Position numbers and translations under genes: made by a program. Of a stretch of 11,468 bases of DNA, positions 1-7,015 are shown in pieces (position 1 is the stretch's first letter; each line of letters starts with the position of its first letter). Source of the stretch: Candidatus Pacearchaeota archaeon (lineage in GTDB: Archaea > Nanobdellota > Nanobdellia > Pacearchaeales > GW2011-AR1); contig VGKP01000019.1 in the NCBI GenBank assembly GCA_016866975.1, forward strand, positions 1-11,468. Reading direction: 5' to 3'. The notes beneath the pieces were generated by a model. It was not told the DNA's origin and made no database searches. It saw nothing but the letters and a program-made list of their open reading frames with translations.

Positions 1-3000
1 CCTACTGCTCCAGATAAGCTTGCGCTCCCGCTTATGCATTCTTTTTCAGATGTCACCTGATTGTTCTTAATTTCTTCTTTCACAAATTCATCTCTTATTT
101 GGTTGACTGCAAAGCTTGTCGATACCTGCTTGAACCCGCATTCTTCCTGTCCGTTGACATCTACGCAAAGTTCCTTGTATCCTTCAGGAGCTGTGAAATC
201 TTTTGTCTGTGTGGCATATTCCCCTCTTGATATATACCCTGCCGCGACAGGTAGGAACTGTGAAGAGTAATAGTAGCTTGTATCTGGAGGATTCCTTAGA
301 TATACTCTGTATTGCACTCCGCTGTCTTTCCCTGCAAATATATGGTAGAATACCTTATATTGAGCAGTCGCAGGCACAGTAGCGTCTGAATATTTGATAC
401 TGCTAAACCATGCATGGAACTGAGGCGGACTGTCTGGTTCAACAAGGCTGTCAAACTTTGTAGGAACTCCGGCAGATACAAATGCCTTGCATACTTGGGT
501 TCCTGCATCTTCTATTGATCTTACCCTATATGCCTTGAGTGAGTTTACTGCATATGTCTGTGTGAAATAATCAAGGGACTTTTGCATATTTTGCCATGCA
601 CCCATCACAGTCATGTATTCTCCTCCTCCTCTGGCTCCCTGATTGCCCCCATAAGCTGCCTCTACAAGTTTTGGAATTATCACATTTGCCAAAGGCGCCA
701 TTTGCCTCCAGAAGAATTCACAAAGATAAACTGAAGTTATCTGGTCACATATCCCTACGGTCTTCCCGCTCTTTATGTTCTCGGCCAAGCAATCTCTATG
801 AGATTTTAATATAGAAACATAAGAATCTATTCCTGCATGTATCCCTGTTAGGCACACTGGGACAACAATCTTTTCTCTCGCATTTGGAAGGCAAAGCAAT
901 GTGCTTCCAATGATTCCGCTCTGCACCACATCTGCCACAGGATATTTGCCTCCAAAGTCGCATCTGCTTGCAGGACATATGACTGGGTCACACACATTAA
1001 ACAAGAGGTGGCAGTCTTTCGGATCCATAAAGTCTTGGCACTGTACTGCAGGTATGTTCGCCGCAGCTTTCACATTTGTGAATACTTCATTTCCTATCTT
1101 TATCGGCTTGTTCCCATATTGTTGTGCCGCTTCTGTCAGGGCCTTTACTGCCTTGTTCACCAAATCTCTCGTCTGTTCCTCATTCAAACCTGGGAAATGC
1201 GCCAATGTCTGGCCAGTATTAAGATTCATCAACTCGCAGAGGTCATCTCCAAATCCTGCCTGTTGGAATTCTTCCCTCTTGTTGCTCCCTACATTGCACA
1301 ACCAGAAGCTAGAGACTCTTCCTGACGATTCAAATCCTGCTACTCCCCCAAATGTTGGCAGCGTCTGTTTAGTGGCGGCATACCATCCATGCAAAGTATC
1401 AAATGGCACTACTGCAGGCATTCCTTTGTAAGGTTCAGTCTCAAAGAATTTTATTTCTGGACTCTCATACCTATTGCTGTAGATTACTTGGTCTTGCGCT
1501 ATGATTGGCCCGACATTATAAGCTGAAGTAAACACAATTGCCTCATCCTTTGTTAATAATTTTGGTTTTCCTGATGGAGGCATATGCACTATATTCTGTA
1601 CGGCATAACTCCCTTGTGATGTCTGCCTTACTCCTGCTACGTATGTCCCTCCATCTATCCTTAATCCTCTGGTAGAGTCAATATATCCATTTACATTTAT
1701 AGCCACTGTCCTATCTATATCTATGCTTTCATTATCCTTTGTCAGCTCATTTTTTAACTCATCAGATGTTAATTTATCAATAGGCACTACCACGGCTATC
1801 ACTTTCTGCTGCGTCCCTGCAGTAAGGAAAGTGGCCGATCCAAGGCCCTGCTTCTTGAGCTCTTCATCTTGTATCTGTTTCTTTCTTAATTGTTTGTTCA
1901 AGGTTATCTGCTCTTCATACTTCTTAAGGTCAGAATTGAGATTGTCTCTAGTTGTATCAGTCACCCCATTCCTTTTTGACAATATTGCTTGCTCTATGTT
2001 TCTCAATGTAGTATAGTCACATTCGAAATGCTCATAGCAATCCGCATTTATCAATTCAGTCAATTTCTTTTCCCCTACCATCTCTTCAGGATATGTTTTT
2101 CTTAGATGCTCTGCATACTCTTTGGCAGCCACTCTTGTGTTCACACTCTTCTCTCCAAGCAATCCAGACTTAGTTACTTTCCCTTCTTCTATTGATTTTA
2201 CTCTCTGGTTGACTTGCCTTATTGCCTCAGATTGCGCCTTCACGTCGGCATTTATCTTGTCTGCCTCTCCAAGAAAACACTGATTTAGAGTATCATATTT
2301 TTTATCGCTTATTAGTTGATTGCACTTGCTCGTCCATCCCTTAGGGCCTCTCATGACCTGTTGTCTCGCAATGCCGTCTCCTGTAAATCCAGTCAGGAAT
2401 GTCTTTGCCGTAAGCACTGCAGATGTTGCAAAACATACGCTCTTCAATCCCGTCACGACTTTCTCCAGGTTCTTGTTTATGCTCTCCCATTTCTTTATGC
2501 TCTCATTTAAGTTCTCTATCTTTTCCAATGCTTTGTCAGGAGATAACTTTATCGCTCTCTTCTCTATCCCAATCCCCACCGATACATTTACTTCACTTCT
2601 GGTCCCAACAACTTTAGGTATCAGTCTTATCTTTGCCGCCTTTCTTACATTTATCTTATCTAATGTCACAAACTGTCCGCATATATCTCTTGCAGGATCT
2701 CCAACTTTCAATACCATTGTGCTAAGTTGTATTTTATCCCCATTCTTGACGTTTACGCAAGTAGGAGTTATCTTTGCTTCTTCTCCATTTAGGTCATCAA
2801 GTCTTATGCTCCCTACTATATCCTTCTTGCTTTCCCCTTTTACAGTTTTTGTTATTTCTATATCTCTTGTTTCTCTCCAGTTCAATCTTTTCAACCCAGG
2901 TTCATTGGCAAATTGTAATTCTACATAACTCCCACTAGATACATCAGTTATTGATGCAACTCTAAGTGTCCTGAACTTTCCATCTAAAGATACAACGCTG

Positions 3001-4616
3001 GAGGATAATGATGTATCATACTGATAGAGTTCCTGCAATCTCCCACTATATCCTGTCGAAGTCCCTGGATACAATTCTATATACTTCTGTATCAATCTTG
3101 CTTCATCATAGTTCTTCCCAAACTGCCTTGCAAGCAATATTGCAGATTCAAGAGCTTTTGCTCCATAAGTTGGATTGTACACAGATGTTGCCTTTACATC
3201 TCTTATAGGATCTACTGGATGCTCTTTTGCCACTTGCTCATAAGCATTGAGGGCCTCTTGATATGCTTTCTCCATATCAGATGTCAATTCCTTGTCTTGC
3301 TTCAACTGCAATTCTCCAGAAGTAACTTCCCTATGGTCGCTCCCAGAGCTTATGTTGTATCTTCCATTTCCGAGATACTCTCTGATAGTCCACATTTTTC
3401 CTTGCTTGTCTCCTGCCCACGTTACAAAGTCCCCAGTTACAAACGCGGCTATTTTCTGCCTTATTTTAAGCAATGCTCTCTCTCCGCTGCTACAGCTTAT
3501 GCTTACATTTCCAGAACTGTTGGTTGTCCCATCTACATATATCCTATCGACCCTGCATCTTCCATCCAAGAATGTACTTCCTTCAACAACATCTACGCTA
3601 TCAAGTCCTGAAGTATCCCCTACTTCTATTCTTGCTTTCTTTCCGACTCCAACATATTCATCATATGATGCTTGCAGCCCGGCCTGGCAATAGCTCCCTG
3701 GCAGATATATCGGATTAGAAAGCCTTCCTCTCTCTACTCTTGTCCCTGCTATTTTTCTGTCCTGGAAATATATGCTTAAATCAGCAAATCTCTCATTGAG
3801 ATTTTCAACCCTTACTGAGTATCTACCCTGCCAGAAACTTTGATTCTTGCTCTCTGTCTCTGCCCAAGTCTCATCATCTACAGGAGTAAGCAGGAATTCT
3901 GCTCTTCCTATCCCAAGCGCATTTCCAGATTCATACTCCACTCTTGCAGATAATGTCAAATTCACAAATGAAGGTAATGACGATTCATTTGCATTCTTCC
4001 TAAGCACTATCACTGCATACCCAATATTGCTGGTCATGGGGCTTCCAAGAAGTCTATCTTTTGTCCTTAATGCTGCTCGTGCAGGATGGAATCCTGTGCT
4101 TATTACTTCCTTAGGATAATTTGCTCTAAACTGTATATTTCTTATCTCTCTTATATCAATCAAAGGATTAAGCTTGAGAGCATCAAGCTGGCAGAATACT
4201 GGAACATTTTGCTCCGCAATCAAGTCGCTTCTCACTACTGCTGGCTGGCATCCCGCAGGAGCTACTTGTATCAACAAGTCTTGTCTGGCTTCGCACTGTG
4301 ATTCTTTGTCTCTTTCTTCCAATATCGGCCAATATGTGCTAATATGTCCGCTATATGCTGTCTGGAAATCGGGCTGAGGTTGTGTTGTCGAATAGAAACT
4401 AGAGCTACTAGAATATCCTCCAAAATCGTTATATGCTGCAATAAATGGCAACATATATATTATTATCAAAAAAACGATGCGCCACTGCGGCTTAAAAGCC
4501 GCAGTTTGATGCAGGCGCTCGTTTTTTGGATGCTCAAGGAACAACTCCAGCTTAAAAGCTGGAGTTTTAGTCAAGTTCCTTGACATGAAAAGTATGGGGG
4601 CTATAAGAAGTCTCAT
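1..4616 (-). CDS. Giant secreted/surface hypothetical protein, >1538 aa, 3'-partial (runs off the left edge); Cys-rich, with TPR-like and coiled-coil segments
   Basis: Manual minus-strand translation is open from ATG 4616 to position 1 (MRLLIAPILFMSRN...WRIVFLIIIYMLPFIAAYNDFGG...CEARQDLLIQVAPAGCQPAVVRSDL...CQDFMDPKDCHLLFNVCDPVICPASRC...KECISGSASLSGAV). Codon phase is identical at both ends, and no ORF in this frame appears in the track, as expected if there is no stop. Purine-rich coding strand, AGA/AGG Arg codons, about 29 Cys and several N-x-S/T sequons. Start is uncertain (4616 or 4586). Confidence 0.93.
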   Translation of the reverse strand, partial: MRLLIAPILFMSRNLTKTPAFKLELFLEHPKNERLHQTAAFKPQWRIVFLIIIYMLPFIAAYNDFGGYSSSSSFYSTTQPQPDFQTAYSGHISTYWPILEERDKESQCEARQDLLIQVAPAGCQPAVVRSDLIAEQNVPVFCQLDALKLNPLIDIREIRNIQFRANYPKEVISTGFHPARAALRTKDRLLGSPMTSNIGYAVIVLRKNANESSLPSFVNLTLSARVEYESGNALGIGRAEFLLTPVDDETWAETESKNQSFWQGRYSVRVENLNERFADLSIYFQDRKIAGTRVERGRLSNPIYLPGSYCQAGLQASYDEYVGVGKKARIEVGDTSGLDSVDVVEGSTFLDGRCRVDRIYVDGTTNSSGNVSISCSSGERALLKIRQKIAAFVTGDFVTWAGDKQGKMWTIREYLGNGRYNISSGSDHREVTSGELQLKQDKELTSDMEKAYQEALNAYEQVAKEHPVDPIRDVKATSVYNPTYGAKALESAILLARQFGKNYDEARLIQKYIELYPGTSTGYSGRLQELYQYDTSLSSSVVSLDGKFRTLRVASITDVSSGSYVELQFANEPGLKRLNWRETRDIEITKTVKGESKKDIVGSIRLDDLNGEEAKITPTCVNVKNGDKIQLSTMVLKVGDPARDICGQFVTLDKINVRKAAKIRLIPKVVGTRSEVNVSVGIGIEKRAIKLSPDKALEKIENLNESIKKWESINKNLEKVVTGLKSVCFATSAVLTAKTFLTGFTGDGIARQQVMRGPKGWTSKCNQLISDKKYDTLNQCFLGEADKINADVKAQSEAIRQVNQRVKSIEEGKVTKSGLLGEKSVNTRVAAKEYAEHLRKTYPEEMVGEKKLTELINADCYEHFECDYTTLRNIEQAILSKRNGVTDTTRDNLNSDLKKYEEQITLNKQLRKKQIQDEELKKQGLGSATFLTAGTQQKVIAVVVPIDKLTSDELKNELTKDNESIDIDRTVAINVNGYIDSTRGLRIDGGTYVAGVRQTSQGSYAVQNIVHMPPSGKPKLLTKDEAIVFTSAYNVGPIIAQDQVIYSNRYESPEIKFFETEPYKGMPAVVPFDTLHGWYAATKQTLPTFGGVAGFESSGRVSSFWLCNVGSNKREEFQQAGFGDDLCELMNLNTGQTLAHFPGLNEEQTRDLVNKAVKALTEAAQQYGNKPIKIGNEVFTNVKAAANIPAVQCQDFMDPKDCHLLFNVCDPVICPASRCDFGGKYPVADVVQSGIIGSTLLCLPNAREKIVVPVCLTGIHAGIDSYVSILKSHRDCLAENIKSGKTVGICDQITSVYLCEFFWRQMAPLANVIIPKLVEAAYGGNQGARGGGEYMTVMGAWQNMQKSLDYFTQTYAVNSLKAYRVRSIEDAGTQVCKAFVSAGVPTKFDSLVEPDSPPQFHAWFSSIKYSDATVPATAQYKVFYHIFAGKDSGVQYRVYLRNPPDTSYYYSSQFLPVAAGYISRGEYATQTKDFTAPEGYKELCVDVNGQEECGFKQVSTSFAVNQIRDEFVKEEIKNNQVTSEKECISGSASLSGAV
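4465..4591. mobile_element. Twin-hairpin palindromic element (MITE/PATE-like, IS200/IS605-end-like) lying in frame in the 5' end of the giant CDS
   Basis: Hairpin 1: AAAAAACGA-T-GCGCC ACTGCGGCT TAAA AGCCGCAGT [TTGATGCA] GGCGC TCGTTTTTT (4469-4527). Hairpin 2: ATG-C-TCAAGGAAC AACTCCAGCT TAAA AGCTGGAGTT [TTAGTCAA] GTTCCTTGA CAT (4530-4586). The loops are 60 nt apart. Imperfect flanking direct repeats ATCAAAA (4465-4471) and ATGAAAA (4585-4591) are 120 nt apart. The hairpins are seen directly; mobility is inferred. Confidence 0.6.
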
Positions 4617-4635
4617 ATTCTCTAAAGGAAAGTTG

Positions 4636-4662
4636 CCTCGAAGAAACCGCAAGTTTCTTAGG
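4636..4662. terminator. Short intergenic stem-loop (possible terminator, processing or stability element)
   Basis: CCT-CG-AAGAAAC CGCAA GTTTCTT-AGG, lying a few nt downstream of the TGA of the 606-aa gene in a 50-nt intergenic gap. There is no long U-run directly after it. Confidence 0.35.
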
Positions 4663-4666
4663 TCTT

Positions 4667-6487
4667 TCATTGTATATCCACTCCCGAATTGGCAAACAAT
4701 TCATAATTGTTCTGGAGTTGCTCCAAAGAGTTGGGTTTAGAAAATCCTTTCACATCTATTTTAAGAGTACCATTTCCAAGCATATCAGGAAGAAGATATA
4801 CTTCAGATGCTCCTCCTCCAACTATAGCTGATTCTATTTTGGTGGATGGCACAGTTATGTCAAAGCATTCCTCTTTTGTGCTCCCAAAAAATCCTAAAAT
4901 CCCTCCACTTGTCACTTTTGTGCACTCTCTCTTTGTTGTTGCAGGAAGAACTATGCTCGAATTTCCATAGATATATACACTGACATTGTATGCGCCTTCC
5001 GATAATTCAACTTTCTCAGAATTTGGCAACGACACTCCTATGCTCTTTGGCCCCTCGAATGTGACTAATGCTTGTCCAGACAATGGTTTTCTATCAACTG
5101 TCAATGACAATCCCACTTTATATTCTTTGTCAATCACTAACTCTGCCTTACTCTCTTTGCTGCTCGAGAATAGAACTTTCTTCTCAGCATATCCCTCTGC
5201 TCTTGCAATGATTTGCCCGTTTAAGCATGCAGGAGCCTTTGCCTTCAATGTACCATTCTTACTTTGACCAATACTACATTCCTGTTCAAAACATTGATAG
5301 CTTATGTTGGCATCAATTTTTCTCAATTGGACATCAAATATGTCAACTTCAATATCTTGCGTAGGGAATGCGCAGGCATTTGTCTTATCAACATTTTCAG
5401 CAATTCTTGCCCCCAATCCTTGTCTTGGGAGATTTTTATCTATGACTACCACGACTGGGAATTGGAATATCTCTCCATCATCTCTTACCAACTGAACCAT
5501 AACTGGAAATCTGACATCGTATACAAAATGGTATGGCGCATAGCAGAAACCCATCGCGCCCATTCCTTGTGAATTCCCTACAGGTTGTGCAATCATCAAA
5601 CTGCCTTGTGTTCCTGAAATCTCTATCTTTGTTGGCCAGTCCTGAGAATATCTAAAGATTGCAGGTATGGATGTTCCTGCATTTGTGTAGAAATAGTCAG
5701 AATCTTTATCTTTCCTTGTCTTTAAGCTGGCAATGTTAAGCTCAAGTGCATTCTTAATCTCACTCTCTACTTCTTGCACTTTCCATATTTTAGGAGTGCA
5801 ACTTATTTCAACTCCATCTACTGGGGCATAGAGTCTTAATACATCTTCAGCATATTTCTCCAGGAATGCATCTTCTTTCTGTCGTGAATATATTTCTACC
5901 GCCGAATTGAATAGCTCTCCAAATCCGCTTGATATCTCCACTTTATGTTGTGTCTTCCTGGCACTGCTATCTCCTTTACTTGCACCAATATCTGCATCTA
6001 CTTCTATTTGTATGCTTCTGCTCTGTATGCTGACACTTACTTTAGGATCTCCTCTCTTGACTTGCACACCTTGCACAGCAAAAGATTCGAAATCGCAGTC
6101 TTTCAGTCTGTCAGCTATGAACTCTCCCATCTCTTTCTCAATTCCTTGTTTGGTAGGTACATTTTCCTGCACGATGCCATTTCCAGATATAGACATCCAA
6201 TAGGGCACCCCAAATCCAAGAAATCCAAGCTGGGATGAAAATGGGGCATAATCACTACCAGGTACATATTCAGATTCTATGCGTCCACCTTGCGTTCCTG
6301 CAAGGTCTACTGCCGCTTTTGCTTCCTGTTCTATACAAGCAGCATAATAGTCATACACTGGAGAAAGCTCTGGAGGTACGCCCTTTACTCTTTCATCACT
6401 TCTGATAAAAAAGAACAACACTATTGCTGCTATAATCGCAAAAGCAACTATCACTATGACTGCCATCTGTCCCCTATCTCCTCTCAT
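4667..6487 (-). CDS. 606-aa surface protein with archaeal class III (type IV pilin-like) signal peptide; unknown function
   Basis: N-terminus MRGDRG/QMAVIVIVAFAIIAAIVLFFFI: charged leader, G/Q cleavage motif and hydrophobic helix. The rest is soluble, with paired Cys and N-x-S/T sequons (NIS, NGT, NVS, NSS). The start overlaps the upstream stop (ATGA, 6487-6484) and is preceded by GGGGG. Confidence 0.9.
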   Translation of the reverse strand: MRGDRGQMAVIVIVAFAIIAAIVLFFFIRSDERVKGVPPELSPVYDYYAACIEQEAKAAVDLAGTQGGRIESEYVPGSDYAPFSSQLGFLGFGVPYWMSISGNGIVQENVPTKQGIEKEMGEFIADRLKDCDFESFAVQGVQVKRGDPKVSVSIQSRSIQIEVDADIGASKGDSSARKTQHKVEISSGFGELFNSAVEIYSRQKEDAFLEKYAEDVLRLYAPVDGVEISCTPKIWKVQEVESEIKNALELNIASLKTRKDKDSDYFYTNAGTSIPAIFRYSQDWPTKIEISGTQGSLMIAQPVGNSQGMGAMGFCYAPYHFVYDVRFPVMVQLVRDDGEIFQFPVVVVIDKNLPRQGLGARIAENVDKTNACAFPTQDIEVDIFDVQLRKIDANISYQCFEQECSIGQSKNGTLKAKAPACLNGQIIARAEGYAEKKVLFSSSKESKAELVIDKEYKVGLSLTVDRKPLSGQALVTFEGPKSIGVSLPNSEKVELSEGAYNVSVYIYGNSSIVLPATTKRECTKVTSGGILGFFGSTKEECFDITVPSTKIESAIVGGGASEVYLLPDMLGNGTLKIDVKGFSKPNSLEQLQNNYELFANSGVDIQ

Positions 6488-6666
6488 TTTTTGCCCCCTT
6501 TTCCATTTTTATTTCTTTCAGGTCGCAGGACGTTAACGGACGCGCCAGCGGTCTTCACCTTATCCTGAATCATTTCGATTATCTCTGTATTAATATCTTT
6601 GCTCAGACTTTTCTTGAACTGATCCCAAAGAGTTTCATCTTCAATTAAAAGCAAGTATTTCTTCAT
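6484..6666 (-). CDS. Small protein (60 aa from ATG 6666; 68 aa from TTG 6690), probable ribbon-helix-helix (Arc/CopG-like) DNA-binding protein
   Basis: MKKYLLLIEDETLWDQFKKSLSKDINTEIIEMIQDKVK fits a beta-strand/helix/helix pattern, and INTEIIEMI resembles Arc helix B (VNSEIYQRV). It is translationally coupled to the next gene (ATGA). A TATA box at 6716-6709 favours ATG 6666. Confidence 0.65.
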   Translation of the reverse strand: MKKYLLLIEDETLWDQFKKSLSKDINTEIIEMIQDKVKTAGASVNVLRPERNKNGKGGKK

Positions 6667-6708
6667 CTCTTTTTCTTTCTCCCAAGTCAATCTATCAAAT
6701 GATACTCA

Positions 6709-6753
6709 TATATAAATCTTATTAGTAAATAACTAACTATCTTACTTAGTAAG
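6709..6753 (-). promoter_or_regulatory. Archaeal TATA box (TTTATATA, 6716-6709) with adjacent repeats (candidate operator)
   Basis: Minus strand reads CTTACTAAGTAAGATAGTTAGTTATTTACTAATAAGATTTATATA. It contains a direct repeat TTACTAA(G)TAAGA and two short inverted repeats, TTAGT-n5-ACTAA (6722-6736) and CTTAC-n3-GTAAG (6741-6753). Confidence 0.55.
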
Positions 6754-6854
6754 AAAAATAGGCAATATATTCAAAAGCATATTGCGCTACCATACTTTTA
6801 ACCTCTAGGAAGTAAATCCTTGCAATCTATAGAGAATATGTTAAAAAAGCTAAC

Positions 6855-6925
6855 TGGCCTCACCAAGAATCGAACTTGGGCATGGTCCACGTCAAAGACC
6901 CGGTCTACCATTAGCCTATGAGGCC
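6855..6925 (-). tRNA. tRNA-Val (anticodon GAC), intronless, no encoded CCA
   Basis: GGCCTCA TA GGCT AATGGTA GACC G GGTCT TTGACGT GGACC ATGC CCAAG TTCGATT CTTGG TGAGGCC A. Perfect 7-bp acceptor stem and 5-bp T stem, TTCGA T-loop, anticodon at 6893-6891, discriminator A73. Confidence 0.92.
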
Positions 6926-6946
6926 TACATCAGGCAATAAAAATCC

Positions 6947-6954
6947 CTATATAA
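6947..6954 (-). promoter_or_regulatory. TATA box of the tRNA gene
   Basis: TTATATAG preceded by purine-rich GAAAAAGAC (BRE-like), ending about 22 nt upstream of tRNA position 1. Confidence 0.65.
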
Positions 6955-6985
6955 GTCTTTTCAGTTCTCTAGGTTGCTAAGCAAG

Positions 6986-6993
6986 CTTTAAAT
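6986..6993 (+). promoter_or_regulatory. TATA box of the first GT2 gene
   Basis: CTTTAAAT ends 23 nt upstream of ATG 7016, suggesting a leaderless start there rather than at 7001. Confidence 0.5.
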
Positions 6994-7015
6994 TGCCCTT
7001 ATGCTCCATACCATC

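Noticed and set aside
296-978. Minus-strand ORFs 296-508 and 796-978, and a suspected frameshift near 510
   Set aside because: Both are alternative frames inside the giant CDS. Re-reading 540-481 gives ...AGA TCA ATA GAA GAT GCA GGA..., so the main frame is continuous and there is no frameshift.
61-4377. Numerous plus-strand ORFs (e.g. 901-1431, 176 aa; 2320-2928, 202 aa; 3292-3693, 133 aa)
   Set aside because: They are antisense shadows of the giant minus-strand CDS, with Ser/Leu/Phe/Pro-rich composition and no motifs or promoters.
4344-4583. Plus-strand 79-aa ORF crossing the hairpin element
   Set aside because: It is antisense to the giant gene, has no recognisable protein features and is far too short for a transposase.
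4469-4586. Hairpins as a CRISPR mini-array, DGR hairpin or bulge-helix-bulge mRNA intron
   Set aside because: There are only two diverged units and no cas genes. No reverse transcriptase or TR/VR pair with A-specific mismatches is present. I could not draw a 3-4-3 BHB motif across the candidate junctions.
6519-6552. GC-rich patch in the RHH gene tail (GGTCGCAGGACGTTAACGGACGCGCC), a possible second small hairpin insert
   Set aside because: Only a weak, interrupted stem around CGTTAACG can be drawn and there are no flanking repeats. Composition alone is insufficient.
4707-6568. Plus-strand ORFs opposite the 606-aa gene
   Set aside because: Antisense shadows with no coding hallmarks.
6887-6901. 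Alternative reading of the tRNA as Gln (TTG)
   Set aside because: Centring the loop on TTG destroys the anticodon stem. Only the GAC register gives a 5-bp stem with a 7-nt loop.
6690-6925. tRNA-Val as the attachment site of an integrated element
   Set aside because: No integrase and no duplicated tRNA 3' fragment occur in this window. It cannot be excluded beyond the left edge.
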